Source of the DNA: Acidobacteria bacterium UBA2999
Lineage (GTDB): Bacteria; Acidobacteriota; Vicinamibacteria; Vicinamibacterales; UBA2999
Assembly: GCA_002346475.1 (NCBI GenBank)
Contig: DDZV01000026.1
Coordinates: 8 to 64,007 of the forward strand
Length of the DNA: 64,000 nt
Reading direction: 5' to 3'
The notes beneath the pieces are model-generated. The model was not told the origin of the DNA and did not search any database. It saw only the letters and a program-made list of their open reading frames with translations. This document shows, in pieces, positions 1 to 10,074 of this stretch. Each line of letters begins with the position of its first letter. The stretch's first letter is position 1. Both the position numbers and the translations under genes were made by a program.

Positions 1-288
1 ATTTCCGCTAGGTGCACCAAAGGCTGCCGAAGCTCGTGCTTTACCCTGAGCGATTTTCACGGTGAAAAAGCGTGCCTGGTCCATGCGAGATAGTGCAATT
101 AAGTCACCACGAAGGTCAACGACAGCGCATGTTAATGCAACACCAATTCTTGTTGCTTCAGTCTCTGCTGCTGCCAGTACTCTTTTAGCCTCTGTAAGTG
201 ATAATGAACTTTGTTGTGCATTGCTAGTGTTGACAGATAGCAAAAGCATCATGACCAAGAAAATAAAAGAAGTAATGTGTCTATACAT
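1..288 (-). CDS. GlcG/HbpS-like (DUF336) family protein, N-terminal part only (gene runs off the window start)
   Basis: Absent from the ORF track because it is truncated. Minus-strand ATG at 286-288 gives MYRHITSFIFLVMMLLLSVNTSNA (signal-peptide-like). It continues LTEAKRVLAAAETEATRIGVALTCAVVDLRGDLIALSRMDQARFFTVKIAQGKARASAAFGAPS, which matches the GlcG-family core pattern (VvD..G.l....RMD......iA..KA.tA). Confidence 0.65.
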   Translation of the reverse strand, partial: MYRHITSFIFLVMMLLLSVNTSNAQQSSLSLTEAKRVLAAAETEATRIGVALTCAVVDLRGDLIALSRMDQARFFTVKIAQGKARASAAFGAPSGN

Positions 289-366
289 TTTTCAAATCCT
301 TCAATAGGCTCACTGTTCAATATCAGTGGTAGTTACTATACTTTTCAAACATGTCGGAGATGCAGT

Positions 367-1326
367 CTAGAGAGTTCTTTCGATGATCCAATGACCAATT
401 TCCAGAAGACGTGCATCCGAAAGATTGATTGATTGTAGCGTAGCTTCAGCGTGTTCGATACAGTGATTAGCCATTTGCCTAGATGTTTTAACGCCGTAAA
501 GTGCAGGATAGGTAGGTTTGCCGGTGACGGCATCTTTGCCTGCGGTTTTTCCAAGATTCTCTGACGAACCTTCAACATCAAGAATGTCATCAACAATTTG
601 AAACGCTAAACCCATTTGTGTAGCAGCAGTTTTGATCGCAGAGGTTGTTTCCTCGTCAGCACCAGCCATGATAGCCCCAGCTGATGCAGCTCCACTGATG
701 AGCGCACCCGTTTTTTGTTCGTGCATCTTTTGAAGTTCATCAGAATCTAACTTTGGTTGAGGCAACTCATTTGTTTCAGATGTGACTGAGGCAAGATCCA
801 TTGCCTGTCCACCAACCATACCCGTTGCGCCAGCCGCTTTAGCGATTACACCGATCGTAAGAAGTTTTCGATTTACAATCACCGAATCTGATGATTGTGG
901 CTCGCGTGTTATTAATCCGAATGCTTCTGTTAATAAGCCGTCACCGGCAAGGATTGCCATTCCTTCGCTAGTTACCACGTGCAGAGTTGGCCGTCCTCGC
1001 CGGAGGGTGTCATTATCCATAGCAGGGAGGTCATCGTGAATTAATGAGTAAGTGTGAATTAGTTCAATAGCGCACGCAGCTGGGAGTGCAAGGGCACGTG
1101 CGTTTTTTCTACTGCCAGGGGTTTCTCTTTCTGCAACGGCTTCAGCGCTTGCAAGGCAGAGAATTGGGCGTAAACGTTTTCCTCCAGACTCCAAGCTGTA
1201 GCTCATTGCCGTGGCAAGTGAAGGTGGACAATAAGGAGGTGCTGGTAGAAATAATTTGAGTGCTTTGTTGATATCTTCACGTCTAGCGTCGAGATAGTTC
1301 TTTAGTGTTGATGTATTGCGTGTCAT
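367..1326 (-). CDS. ispA: Polyprenyl (farnesyl/geranylgeranyl) diphosphate synthase
   Basis: 319 aa ORF with both aspartate-rich motifs (LIHDDLPAMDNDTLRRGRP and FQIVDDILD). Sits directly downstream of xseB as in the common xseB-ispA arrangement. Confidence 0.9.
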   Translation of the reverse strand: MTRNTSTLKNYLDARREDINKALKLFLPAPPYCPPSLATAMSYSLESGGKRLRPILCLASAEAVAERETPGSRKNARALALPAACAIELIHTYSLIHDDLPAMDNDTLRRGRPTLHVVTSEGMAILAGDGLLTEAFGLITREPQSSDSVIVNRKLLTIGVIAKAAGATGMVGGQAMDLASVTSETNELPQPKLDSDELQKMHEQKTGALISGAASAGAIMAGADEETTSAIKTAATQMGLAFQIVDDILDVEGSSENLGKTAGKDAVTGKPTYPALYGVKTSRQMANHCIEHAEATLQSINLSDARLLEIGHWIIERTL

Positions 1327-1331
1327 TAGGG

Positions 1332-1598
1332 CTATTTAGATTCTTTGTTATGGTCAGTATCAAATATGGTTTTGGCTGGTTCTAAGTTGCCATCTTTGTT
1401 GACAATGTCGATGCGACGTTCGGCGTCCTTGAGGCGGTCATGGCAATAGTTTGAAAGTTTGACGCCTTTTTCGTAATAACTTAAAGACTCCTCAAGTTTT
1501 AAGTCTCCTTTCTCAAGGTCTTTCACAATTGCTTCAAGTGCTTTGAGCGCTGATTCAAAATCTTTAAAATCCTGAGTAGTTATGTTTTTTTTAGCCAT
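1332..1598 (-). CDS. xseB: Exodeoxyribonuclease VII small subunit
   Basis: ORF track gives 1332..1631. The internal ATG at 1598 (MAKKNITTQDFKDFESALKALEAIVKDLEKGDLKLEESL...) aligns with the usual XseB N-terminus (MPKKN...FE.AL.ELE.IV..LE.GDL.LEE.L). Follows xseA. Confidence 0.85.
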   Translation of the reverse strand: MAKKNITTQDFKDFESALKALEAIVKDLEKGDLKLEESLSYYEKGVKLSNYCHDRLKDAERRIDIVNKDGNLEPAKTIFDTDHNKESK

Positions 1599-1650
1599 CG
1601 ATTTGTCCAGTCTCCAGTCAGGCACTGCCATCTCAATCGTGACTGCTGGG

Positions 1651-3081
1651 TTATTGGTCGTTTTTCTTTTGCGTTAACTTTTGCACTTCGCACGACAATT
1701 CGCCCTTGGCCAGGGTTACTCTAACCTTATCGCCCACGTGTGTAGCATTTGTATCCCGAATGATTTTTGTACGATTGTTATTCCAACAGACTGCATATCC
1801 GCGTCCAAGAACTGCGAGTGGGCTTAAGCTATGGATTTGTCCAGCAAGGCTCCTTAGTTGTGCTTCTGCTGTGTGATAACAGGCTCCTATGGCGGGAGAG
1901 ATTTGATTATTAGCAGCAACAAGTCGTGTTCGGAAGTTACTAATTCTGTGACGCACATCTAGAGCTTCGAGTTTTAATCTGAGTTTCTGATAGCTTTGCT
2001 CACGCTGTTTCAGGGCTGTTCGTGCCGAGTCTTGGAGTTGATGTGCGAGTTCTGATACGTGTTGACTTCGAAGGGAGCAGCGATCTGGAAACCTTGCGTA
2101 ACCCGGATTCGATTCAACTTTTCTGACCTTAGATTCAAGCAGACGTAGAAGTAGAGTACTAGAGGACTGAATACGACTAGTTAAAGTGCTGACCTCTGTT
2201 ACAAGAGCATCTTTGCGCTTAACGACTATTTCTGCTGCCGCTGATGGGGTAGGAGCTCGATAATCTGCTACAAAATCAGCAATTGTGATGTCAGTTTCAT
2301 GTCCGACAGCTGAAATGGTGGGTACAGGACTAGCTGCCAGGGCCCTAGCTACTACTTCTTCATTAAAAGCCCATAAGTCTTGGATAGATCCACCACCACG
2401 CCCGACAATAACAACATCTACACCAGGGACCTTTCCGACGGTTTTAATGGCTTTTGCGATTTCGAGTGCAGCACCATCACCCTGAACACGTGTTGGACAA
2501 ATGACAATGTGTCTATTTGGGTAACGCCGGTCTAATACTTGGACAATGTCTCGAATGACTGCTCCATCGAGGGAAGTGACAACTCCAATTATTCTCGGTA
2601 ATGCTGGAAGGGAGCGCTTGCGATTCTGATCAAACAATCCTTCAGTTGTTAGGCGTTGTTTAAGTTGATCAAAGGCTAGCTGTAATGCTCCGAGTCCCTC
2701 AGGCTCTAGATGCTTGCAAATGATTTGATAGTTTCCGGTCGGAGCGTAAACATTAAGTTGGCCATGTGTTACAACCCGTAACCCGTCTTCTGGTTTGAAG
2801 CGTAAGGTTCGACGGTCTGACTTCCACATAATGCACTTTATTTGGGCAGCGTTCTTTGCACTGCTGTCTCTAAGCGTGAAATATAGGTGGCCACTGCTGT
2901 AGGTTTTGCAGTTTACAAGTTCACCTTCGACCGTTAGTTCATCTGGGAATGTTGATTCAAGCTGAGAACAAATATTTGCAGTAAGCTCTGCAACCGTCAT
3001 TACTCGCTTTTGAGATGAAGGTATCGTGTCTTGAGTTTCTGGCTCAAGATCACCGAAGGGTAAATTGAAGGAGGAGTTCAT
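1651..3081 (-). CDS. xseA: Exodeoxyribonuclease VII large subunit
   Basis: 476 aa. N-terminal OB-fold region (VEGELVNCKTYSSGHLYFTLRD), catalytic core (GVVTSLDGAVIRDI, VGRGGGSIQDLWAFNEE, SAVGHETD) and a long C-terminal coiled coil. Adjacent to xseB. Confidence 0.92.
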   Translation of the reverse strand: MNSSFNLPFGDLEPETQDTIPSSQKRVMTVAELTANICSQLESTFPDELTVEGELVNCKTYSSGHLYFTLRDSSAKNAAQIKCIMWKSDRRTLRFKPEDGLRVVTHGQLNVYAPTGNYQIICKHLEPEGLGALQLAFDQLKQRLTTEGLFDQNRKRSLPALPRIIGVVTSLDGAVIRDIVQVLDRRYPNRHIVICPTRVQGDGAALEIAKAIKTVGKVPGVDVVIVGRGGGSIQDLWAFNEEVVARALAASPVPTISAVGHETDITIADFVADYRAPTPSAAAEIVVKRKDALVTEVSTLTSRIQSSSTLLLRLLESKVRKVESNPGYARFPDRCSLRSQHVSELAHQLQDSARTALKQREQSYQKLRLKLEALDVRHRISNFRTRLVAANNQISPAIGACYHTAEAQLRSLAGQIHSLSPLAVLGRGYAVCWNNNRTKIIRDTNATHVGDKVRVTLAKGELSCEVQKLTQKKNDQ

Positions 3082-3109
3082 ATTTGCCCATCCTTACTAC
3101 TAAGGAGCA

Positions 3110-3922
3110 CTAACTGTTCTTAGTGTTTAATTCTTCCAAGTCATTCACCGATGCGCTGATGCGTTTGATAGCAGTTGAGTGTCCAGTTTTTTCATCTACT
3201 GAGATAAGGACACCATGAAATCTAGGGTTTTCTGTCGCAGCTTCGAACCGGGATGGCATACCAGTCAGGAAACGCGACATTACTCCATCACGCTCCATTC
3301 CTATAATGGAATCGTGTGGACCCGTCATACCTACGTCAGTGATGTAGGCAGTTCCTTTTGGCAGGATACGTTCATCAGCAGTCTGTACGTGTGTATGGGT
3401 ACCAACTACTGCGGTGACTTTGCCATCTAAGTGCCAACCCATAGCCATTTTTTCGCTTGTAGCCTCAGCGTGGAAATCAACAATTATGATCCTAGTTTGA
3501 TGACGAATTTTTTCAATTTCTTCAAGTACCCCGACGAATGGATTGTCAAGCGGAAGCATGAATATACGACCCATAGCGTTAATAACACCGACGGCTTGAC
3601 CTTTGCTGGTGCGCGCTGCATAAGTTCCTCGACCTGGAACATTAGTTGGAAAGTTTGACGGTCGTAGGAGCCTGGGTTCAGTTTCAATGTAATTAAGTAC
3701 TTCTTTCTTGTCCCAGATATGATTCCCTGAAGTCATTACATCAATACCAAGTTCCAATAACTCTTCGCCAATGTCACGCGTGATACCAAATCCCCCGGCA
3801 GCATTTTCGGCGTTGGCAATAATAATGTCTGGTTTATATTCATGGCTAATAACATGTAGGTAACGGTTCAGAAGAGTGCGTCCTGGACGTCCCATAATGT
3901 CGCCAATAAAGAGAATATTCAT
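3110..3922 (-). CDS. ymdB: YmdB-like metallophosphoesterase (TIGR00282 family, 2',3'-cyclic-nucleotide phosphodiesterase type)
   Basis: 270 aa. N-terminus MNILFIGDIMGRPGR plus ANAENAAGGFGIT and GNHIWDKKE motifs, typical of the YmdB calcineurin-like phosphoesterase family. Confidence 0.85.
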   Translation of the reverse strand: MNILFIGDIMGRPGRTLLNRYLHVISHEYKPDIIIANAENAAGGFGITRDIGEELLELGIDVMTSGNHIWDKKEVLNYIETEPRLLRPSNFPTNVPGRGTYAARTSKGQAVGVINAMGRIFMLPLDNPFVGVLEEIEKIRHQTRIIIVDFHAEATSEKMAMGWHLDGKVTAVVGTHTHVQTADERILPKGTAYITDVGMTGPHDSIIGMERDGVMSRFLTGMPSRFEAATENPRFHGVLISVDEKTGHSTAIKRISASVNDLEELNTKNS

Positions 3923-4204
3923 TAGTTTCGGTTAGCAAGGTCTTTAATTGCGAGACCGTGCCAATAGTGTGTCGTGTTTGCTATTTCGGTGAAGATAAGT
4001 TTGATCACAGGATGTCATGTTCTCATACATCTCTAATTGTCTGTAGTCCGAAGGTTATTACAGGCTGTTCTTGGCCAGAGGGATTATTAGTTTGGGTAAT
4101 CATTACAAGTCGAAAGTATTTCCATTTTTCGAGTAAACTATATTTAGGTATTATTAATAATTAATATCTTATTAGATGATTTTACCAAGGACTTTGTAGC
4201 TCTT

Positions 4205-4480
4205 ATGGAAACAACTGATCAGACAACGGACCCAGTTCAAGAACCTTCTACCGATGAGGCTCCTAAGGCACCGATACATCTAATTAAGAGTCGGTTTCTT
4301 TTTGTAGACGTTTCAGCAATGCGAACGAAACAACTTCGTCGTGGTGCATTGTCGCGTCTTGTAAATAGCGACCAATCTAAGGAATCAAAAAAACTAGAAC
4401 GTATTGCTATGGAAGAGGTCAGACAAGGTCTTATTGATTATGAGCTCCTTGAGCCTGCAGAAAGTGCTGAAGAGAGTTAG
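4205..4480 (+). CDS. rpoZ: Probable RNA polymerase omega subunit-like protein
   Basis: 91 aa. Core SRFLFVDVSAMRTKQLRRGA ... KKLERIAMEEVRQGLIDY resembles the omega pattern (nRy.Lv..aakRArqL..Ga ... k....Al.Ei..G.i). Acidic tails at both ends. Assignment is by weak motif only. Confidence 0.5.
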   Translation: METTDQTTDPVQEPSTDEAPKAPIHLIKSRFLFVDVSAMRTKQLRRGALSRLVNSDQSKESKKLERIAMEEVRQGLIDYELLEPAESAEES

Positions 4481-4565
4481 CTTGTCGTAGCTACTGGAAG
4501 CCAGTCTTGCCGGTTATCTAACTAGCCATGTTTTTGTTGCCCTAACGTATCCGAGGGGATGTAGT

Positions 4566-4820
4566 ATGGAATTTGAACTTATATTCGGAGTACTAGAAGG
4601 GATCGTTGCCAGTACAGTTTTTATTATCATCTTGTTAGTAGGGTTTGCACTTTTGGTTGGGCTGACTAAGCTCAGAAAATCTGGCGGAAAAACAAAAATT
4701 GTACGAAGTCTTGATGAGATGGTTGGCGGAAGCGCAGAATTTTTCCCACCTACAGTCCCGCGCGGTCCAGCTGACCAGTTAAATTCACCTGAATTACTAG
4801 AAGCTGACACTAAAGACTAA
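4566..4820 (+). CDS. Hypothetical small single-pass membrane protein
   Basis: 84 aa with one strong hydrophobic helix (IVASTVFIIILLVGFALLVGL) followed by a basic stretch. No recognisable family. Confidence 0.4.
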   Translation: MEFELIFGVLEGIVASTVFIIILLVGFALLVGLTKLRKSGGKTKIVRSLDEMVGGSAEFFPPTVPRGPADQLNSPELLEADTKD

Positions 4821-4916
4821 CTGGTCAATTTTTCAAGCTTAGAATTTTTATGTAATAGTCGCATGGGTAGCATTAGTGCGACGTTGCCTTTACACATCTA
4901 TGTGTCTTAAAAACTC

Positions 4917-5771
4917 ATGAGATATATTTCGTTCAAACTTGGCGATCGACGCACTTACGGGATTATGCATGAGGGCGGAATTATTGACTTGGGGGATCGT
5001 TTTAAAGCGTCTCTCCCAGATCTTAATAGTTACTTACAAGCTTTAGCTTCTGGCTTTAGTCTTCCAAGGTTTCCATCATCCTTAAGAGACTGCACAGTGA
5101 ATGACATTATTTATGAGCCTGTGTGTAGTCCTAACAAGATTATCTGTGTTGGGATGAACTATGAAAAACATAGACAAGAGACTGGCCGTAACAAAACAGA
5201 ATACCCAACGTTATTCAGTCGTTTTCCTGAGACCCTCATTGGTCACCGATCTTCTATTGTGCGACCTCGTGTTTCAACTGAACTTGATTTTGAAGGGGAA
5301 CTCGCAGTAGTTATCGGTCGGTCTGGACGTCGAATTCCATCCCAAAAAGCTCTTTCATTTATTGCGGGTTATTCGTGCTTTAACGATGGGTCTATCCGGG
5401 ATTGGCAACGGCATACCCATCAGTTTCTACCAGGAAAAAACTTTTCAGCGACTGCGCCATTTGGTCCAGAGTTAGTTACACCAGAGGAGCTTGGTCCCTT
5501 GGAGTCACTTCAAATAGAAACACGGCTTAATGGAGTAGTAATGCAGTCGGCTTTGCTCGGCGAGATGATTTTTCCCGTAGCTGAAATTATTGAATATATC
5601 TCTACTTTCATCACGTTAGACCCTGGCGATGTTATTGCTACCGGAACACCTGGAGGTGTAGGTGTTAAAAGGGAGCCTCCGGTATTTATGAAATCTGGGG
5701 ATACAGTAGAGGTAATTGTAGAGGAAGTGGGCCATCTAATTAATGATGTCGTCGAAGAGCCAGTATCGTAA
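4917..5771 (+). CDS. Fumarylacetoacetate hydrolase (FAH) family protein
   Basis: 284 aa with FAH-family signatures KIICVGMNYEKH, DFEGELAVVIG and GDVIATGTPGGVG. Confidence 0.87.
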   Translation: MRYISFKLGDRRTYGIMHEGGIIDLGDRFKASLPDLNSYLQALASGFSLPRFPSSLRDCTVNDIIYEPVCSPNKIICVGMNYEKHRQETGRNKTEYPTLFSRFPETLIGHRSSIVRPRVSTELDFEGELAVVIGRSGRRIPSQKALSFIAGYSCFNDGSIRDWQRHTHQFLPGKNFSATAPFGPELVTPEELGPLESLQIETRLNGVVMQSALLGEMIFPVAEIIEYISTFITLDPGDVIATGTPGGVGVKREPPVFMKSGDTVEVIVEEVGHLINDVVEEPVS

Positions 5772-5791
5772 GGTCGTTATGAACAATACTT

Positions 5792-7291
5792 TTAGATAGC
5801 TACAGTATCAGGAGTCTTCTGTGCCCACGGAGTAAGTTGTTCATACGCATCAGCGACTCTTAGGATTGTTGCTTCATCAAACATTCGTCCTGTTAGTTGA
5901 AGGCCAATCGGTAGTATTTTTTGAGTGTTGTTGGATTCGGTTGCTTGCACGAAACCACAGGGAATACTGATAGCTGGAAGACCTACTAGGTTCGCGCTAA
6001 CTGTGAAAATGTCACCCAAATACATTTGGAGCGGGTCATCAATCTTTGATCCCAGTGAGAATGCCGGAGTTGGTGTGGTTGGCATTGCTATAACGTCTAC
6101 ACTCTGGAAGGTTTTTTCGTAATCTTTACGGAGCAGAGTTCTGACTTGCTGAGCTTTTCGATAATAAGCATCGTAGTAACCCGCACTCAGCACGTAAGTT
6201 CCAAGCATAATTCGGCGCTTTACTTCGGCACCAAACCCTTCATCACGAGTACTTTCGTACATTTCTTTTAGAGTTTCAATCTCTTTCGCACTGGTGCGAT
6301 GTCCGTAACGGACCCCGTCATAGCGGGCTAGATTAGAACTAGCTTCAGCAGTGGCTACAAGGTAATACGCGGGGATTGCGTAACGGGCATGTGGAAGATC
6401 AACTTCTACAAGCAGTGCACCTTCATTTTGCAAAGTATTTAGTGCTAACTCAAAAGCCTTTCCTACCTCTTCATCTATACCGCTATTGATAAATGATTTT
6501 GGAATACCAATACGGATACCTTGAACATTTCCTGTAAGTTCTGAAAGGAAATCAGGCACTGGTTCAGAGCTTGTAGTCGAATCCTGAGAGTCAGAGCCGG
6601 CTATAACAGAAAGCACGAGGGCTGCATCTGCGGCTGAACGGGCCATTGGTCCAATTTGATCAAGGGAAGAAGCAAATGCAAGTAGCCCGTAACGAGATAC
6701 ACGACCATAGGTCGGCTTCAAGCCAACAATACCGCACAGAGCGGCTGGTTGACGAATGGAGCCACCGGTGTCAGAGCCTAAAGCAACTGGAACAAGGTTG
6801 GCAGCAACAGCTGCTGCCGATCCACCACTAGACCCACCTGGAGCCCGTGTTGTATCCCAGGGATTCATCACAGCACCAAAAGCAGAATTTTCATTCGATG
6901 AACCCATCGCAAACTCATCACAATTAGTTTTACCAATGATCACGGCACCTGCTGCTTCGAGTCGTTCGATTACTGTTGCGTTGTAGGGAGGAACGTACTG
7001 ACTTAGAACTTTAGATGAAGCAGTAGTTCTAAGACCGCGCACACACAGGTTGTCTTTGACAGCGATAGGTACACCAGCTAATGGACCGACAGACTTTCCA
7101 GTATTACGCTTAATGTCAATATCTTTTGCGGCGACAAGAGCGTGTTCAGTTGCGACGGTATTAAAAGCATTGAGGTTTGGATTTAAAGAGTCAATTTTTG
7201 ATAAATACTCTCTGCAAATTTCAACTGCGGATACATGTCCAGTAGTTACTTCTTTCTGTATAGTTCGAGCCTGAGGTATAGCGTTTTTCAT
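5792..7291 (-). CDS. gatA: Glutamyl-tRNA(Gln)/aspartyl-tRNA(Asn) amidotransferase subunit A
   Basis: 499 aa with the amidase signature [13 protein letters not shown] and [13 protein letters not shown]. Immediately downstream of gatC. Confidence 0.95.
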   Translation of the reverse strand: MKNAIPQARTIQKEVTTGHVSAVEICREYLSKIDSLNPNLNAFNTVATEHALVAAKDIDIKRNTGKSVGPLAGVPIAVKDNLCVRGLRTTASSKVLSQYVPPYNATVIERLEAAGAVIIGKTNCDEFAMGSSNENSAFGAVMNPWDTTRAPGGSSGGSAAAVAANLVPVALGSDTGGSIRQPAALCGIVGLKPTYGRVSRYGLLAFASSLDQIGPMARSAADAALVLSVIAGSDSQDSTTSSEPVPDFLSELTGNVQGIRIGIPKSFINSGIDEEVGKAFELALNTLQNEGALLVEVDLPHARYAIPAYYLVATAEASSNLARYDGVRYGHRTSAKEIETLKEMYESTRDEGFGAEVKRRIMLGTYVLSAGYYDAYYRKAQQVRTLLRKDYEKTFQSVDVIAMPTTPTPAFSLGSKIDDPLQMYLGDIFTVSANLVGLPAISIPCGFVQATESNNTQKILPIGLQLTGRMFDEATILRVADAYEQLTPWAQKTPDTVAI

Positions 7292-7294
7292 TCT

Positions 7295-7588
7295 TTAGAT
7301 AACTCTTGGCACTTTGAATAACCCTGCCTCTGGATCAGGGTCTGGCGCGTTTGCAAGTGCATCTGTGATCGGAAGAGATATTCCAGATTTATCCTCACGC
7401 TCTGTCCCGAAGTCATTATGGACGTGGGCAGTGGCTAGAACGCCACTCGTATCAAGTTGCTGCAATTCTTCAAAATAATTAAGAATATTAGCGAGTTGGC
7501 GTACGAAAAGTTCCTTTTCATTTTCTGTGAGGTCTAAGTGCGCCAGTTTTGCTATACGTTCAACTTCGTTTCTGGTGAGTTCTGACAT
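7295..7588 (-). CDS. gatC: Glutamyl-tRNA(Gln)/aspartyl-tRNA(Asn) amidotransferase subunit C
   Basis: 97 aa. VERIAKLAHLDLTENEKELFVRQLANILNYFEELQQLDT is the typical GatC pattern. Lies 3 nt upstream of gatA. Confidence 0.88.
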   Translation of the reverse strand: MSELTRNEVERIAKLAHLDLTENEKELFVRQLANILNYFEELQQLDTSGVLATAHVHNDFGTEREDKSGISLPITDALANAPDPDPEAGLFKVPRVI

Positions 7589-7669
7589 GATTAGAATCGT
7601 ACCACGAGTTGCTTCATGGTTCTTGGATTCTCTTATTCTTAAGGGTTCCTAGACGTTATACGATTAATT

Positions 7670-8230
7670 ATGACTCTTGCTCGACGCATCACATTTGGTT
7701 TCTGGCTCGTGATAACCCTCAGCCTTACCATGCTCTATCTAAGCAGGCCAGAGTTGATCAACCCAGGCCAGCTCGTCAATTTCTTAAGACAGTTAGGACC
7801 GCTTGTTTTAGTTGGTTATTTTTTATTGAGCGTGTTTCGACCAGTCATACTAGTTCCAAGCACAGTACTTATTATCGTTGGCACATTGCTCTTCCCAGAC
7901 TGGCCCTTTTTGGTATTTGCAATTTCACTGTCAGCAATAGTGTTTTCAGCTGCGCTCATATACTATTTTTTCAATTTTCTCGGAATTGACAAGTTGTTTG
8001 AACATAAGCATCCGGCTCGCTTACGGTGGCTCGAGAAACAACTAGCTTTAAAAGGTTTTTGGATTGTCGTTGGGTGGTCTATGTTTCCTTTTGTTCCGAC
8101 CGACGCTATTTGCTATGTCGCAGGGACTTTTCGGATGCACATAGGGAAATTCTTACTGGGTGTGATGCTTGGTGAAATCCCAGTCGTTGTTTTTTATGTT
8201 ATGGGTGGAACATGGTTCTTTGGATCTTAG
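7670..8230 (+). CDS. TVP38/TMEM64 (DedA-related, SNARE-associated) family membrane protein
   Basis: 186 aa polytopic membrane protein. The motif FPFVPTDAICYVAGTFRM is typical of the family. Confidence 0.7.
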   Translation: MTLARRITFGFWLVITLSLTMLYLSRPELINPGQLVNFLRQLGPLVLVGYFLLSVFRPVILVPSTVLIIVGTLLFPDWPFLVFAISLSAIVFSAALIYYFFNFLGIDKLFEHKHPARLRWLEKQLALKGFWIVVGWSMFPFVPTDAICYVAGTFRMHIGKFLLGVMLGEIPVVVFYVMGGTWFFGS

Positions 8231-8238
8231 GGAGGGTG

Positions 8239-8261
8239 CTTCTTGCTAGCCAAGCAAGAAG
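8239..8261. terminator. Hairpin between convergent genes (possible bidirectional terminator)
   Basis: Perfect 9 bp stem CTTCTTGCT (8239-8247) / AGCAAGAAG (8253-8261) with a 5 nt loop. Lies between the stop of the TVP38 gene (8230) and the stop of nfo (8285). U-tracts are weak. Confidence 0.4.
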
Positions 8262-8284
8262 AGTTTAGGGACAGGCAAACCTTT

Positions 8285-9160
8285 TTAAGTATCTCGCAGA
8301 CTTTTCAGTGTGTTTAAGTTACGTACGTCTAGTGGGTCTGGGTTGCTTATTTTTCCACGTTCCCAATTTTTAGTTTTTTCTGTTTCAATGACCATTGCCA
8401 AATGGGAAAAATCCTGATCTGTGAGAAAGCGCTTAAACGGTTCAAGTCCGAGGAATCCATCACCGATGTGCTGATGACGATCTACTCGGCTCCCGCATGG
8501 CTTTTTCGAGTCATTGCCGTGAAAAATTCGAAGCCGATCAATTCCGATCAGTTTTTTAAAAGAGCTAAATGTTTTTTTGTAACCACTTGCGCTTGCGATG
8601 TCGTAGCCTGCAGCTAATAGGTGGCAAGTATCAAGGCAAATACCAATTTTAGGAGAACCATTGAGTTCCTTGAGAATTGTAGCTAAGTGTTCAAATTTGT
8701 ACCCGAGTGTTCGACCCTGACCAGCTGTGTGTTCGAGTAGTACCATTGTGTTCAAATTCGGACGTTTTTGAAGTGCCTGACGAATTGCTTGAGCGATTCG
8801 GTGGAGGCCTTCATCTTCAGTTCCAGAGGTGCATGTTCCAGGGTGAATCACAACTCCTAACAGCCCTAAGCTATCTGCGCGGTCAAGCTCATCAATAAAA
8901 GTATTGATGGATTGTGCTCGAAGTTTTGGCACTGCTGTAGCAAGATTAATTAAATAACTAGCGTGAGATACAACAGGTGTGAGCTCAGCCTTCTCGACTC
9001 CAAGTCTAAACGCACGTACTTCGTCTGGCGCAAGTGGTGCTGCATGCCACTGGCTGGCGTTCTTAGTAAAGATCTGAAGAGCCTCACAGTTGTGAAGCAC
9101 AGCACGATCAACAGATTTTGAGATTCCTCCAGCGATTGACATGTGAGCACCAATCCGCAT
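8285..9160 (-). CDS. nfo: Deoxyribonuclease IV (endonuclease IV)
   Basis: 291 aa. MRIGAHMSIAGG..., VIHPG, LLEHTAGQG, ICLDTCH and HGNDSK match the Nfo metal-binding framework. Confidence 0.92.
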   Translation of the reverse strand: MRIGAHMSIAGGISKSVDRAVLHNCEALQIFTKNASQWHAAPLAPDEVRAFRLGVEKAELTPVVSHASYLINLATAVPKLRAQSINTFIDELDRADSLGLLGVVIHPGTCTSGTEDEGLHRIAQAIRQALQKRPNLNTMVLLEHTAGQGRTLGYKFEHLATILKELNGSPKIGICLDTCHLLAAGYDIASASGYKKTFSSFKKLIGIDRLRIFHGNDSKKPCGSRVDRHQHIGDGFLGLEPFKRFLTDQDFSHLAMVIETEKTKNWERGKISNPDPLDVRNLNTLKSLRDT

Positions 9161-9351
9161 TATTTAGTTGCCAGTTCGTAATAGCATGAATAGTTTCTGG
9201 TGGAAAACAGGCATGGTACTTTTTCGAGCCAGGAGACACGGATAGTGGCTTCGTCAAAAAGCTTTACAGAAATCAGTGCAAAATCCATTGGTCGATTATA
9301 CTTGGGCATATAACTTCGACGCGTTTCCTTAATCTATTTTGCTAGCGTGTC

Positions 9352-10053
9352 GTGCTATCGTCAAACTCCATGGAAGTATTTGTTATTCCCCTTGGCCGTG
9401 ATCAGTACGAACTCTATTGCGAGAATATTGAAGATCTAGACGATGGAGGGGATGGACGTAAATCTGGCTTGTTTGGTTGGCTACGTGCACGGTTTCGTAG
9501 AGTTCTACAAGCAACTGAGCCCATCGTTCCTGGTGGATTAGCTGCAGCACCAGCACCTCACTGGTTCGGACGGCTAGAAGGCTGGATTCTTGGCTGGCTA
9601 GTAGAGCGCATTGCTGATCAGCGGTTGCTTTGGAATCTACGTCGACAAACTAATGCTTGTGTGATGTACCCCGAAGGTCTCTCGTTTGATCAAGTGACGG
9701 CTATTATTACCCTGAAGCTAACTCAGGAATACGGCAGGCATAGGGTATGGCTTGTTGTGGACGCCAGTGGGTTGGTGGTTTCCGGTTTGTTTGCTGTCAT
9801 TCCAGGTCCAAATTTACTTGCTTATTATTTTGCCTTTCGTGTGGTTGGCCACTGGTTATCGATGCGAGGAGCTGTACAAGGTATGAAGAGTATTAAGTGG
9901 AGTGGTATGCCGTGTCCACCTCTGGCAGAGCTTCAAGTGGTGGCGAATCTTAATCCGGAAAACCGCCAGCAGAAGATTCAGGCCATTGCTGCACGTTTAA
10001 AATTGCCCAATTTACCATCTTTCTTTAAGCGCGTCTCAGCTCCTCGCGCGTGA
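9352..10053 (+). CDS. Hypothetical membrane protein
   Basis: 233 aa. The ORF-track start is GTG; an ATG at 9370 (MEVFVIPLG...) is an alternative. One or two hydrophobic helices (VWLVVDASGLVVSGLFAVIPGPNLLAYYFAF). I recognise no confident family. Confidence 0.5.
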   Translation: MLSSNSMEVFVIPLGRDQYELYCENIEDLDDGGDGRKSGLFGWLRARFRRVLQATEPIVPGGLAAAPAPHWFGRLEGWILGWLVERIADQRLLWNLRRQTNACVMYPEGLSFDQVTAIITLKLTQEYGRHRVWLVVDASGLVVSGLFAVIPGPNLLAYYFAFRVVGHWLSMRGAVQGMKSIKWSGMPCPPLAELQVVANLNPENRQQKIQAIAARLKLPNLPSFFKRVSAPRA

Positions 10054-10074
10054 TATTCTGTGCCCAAACAATAG

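Noticed and set aside
62-307. 81 aa plus-strand ORF at the window start
   Set aside because: The opposite strand encodes a convincing GlcG/DUF336-family N-terminus with a signal peptide. The plus-strand ORF is its shadow.
3958-4164. Cys-rich 68 aa ORF in the ymdB / rpoZ-like intergenic region
   Set aside because: It has a GTG start with no ribosome-binding site and no family resemblance. The region is more plausibly divergent promoter DNA.
7609-7989. 126 aa plus-strand ORF overlapping the TVP38-family gene in another frame
   Set aside because: The 7670..8230 frame has coherent transmembrane helices and a family motif. The 7609 frame does not.
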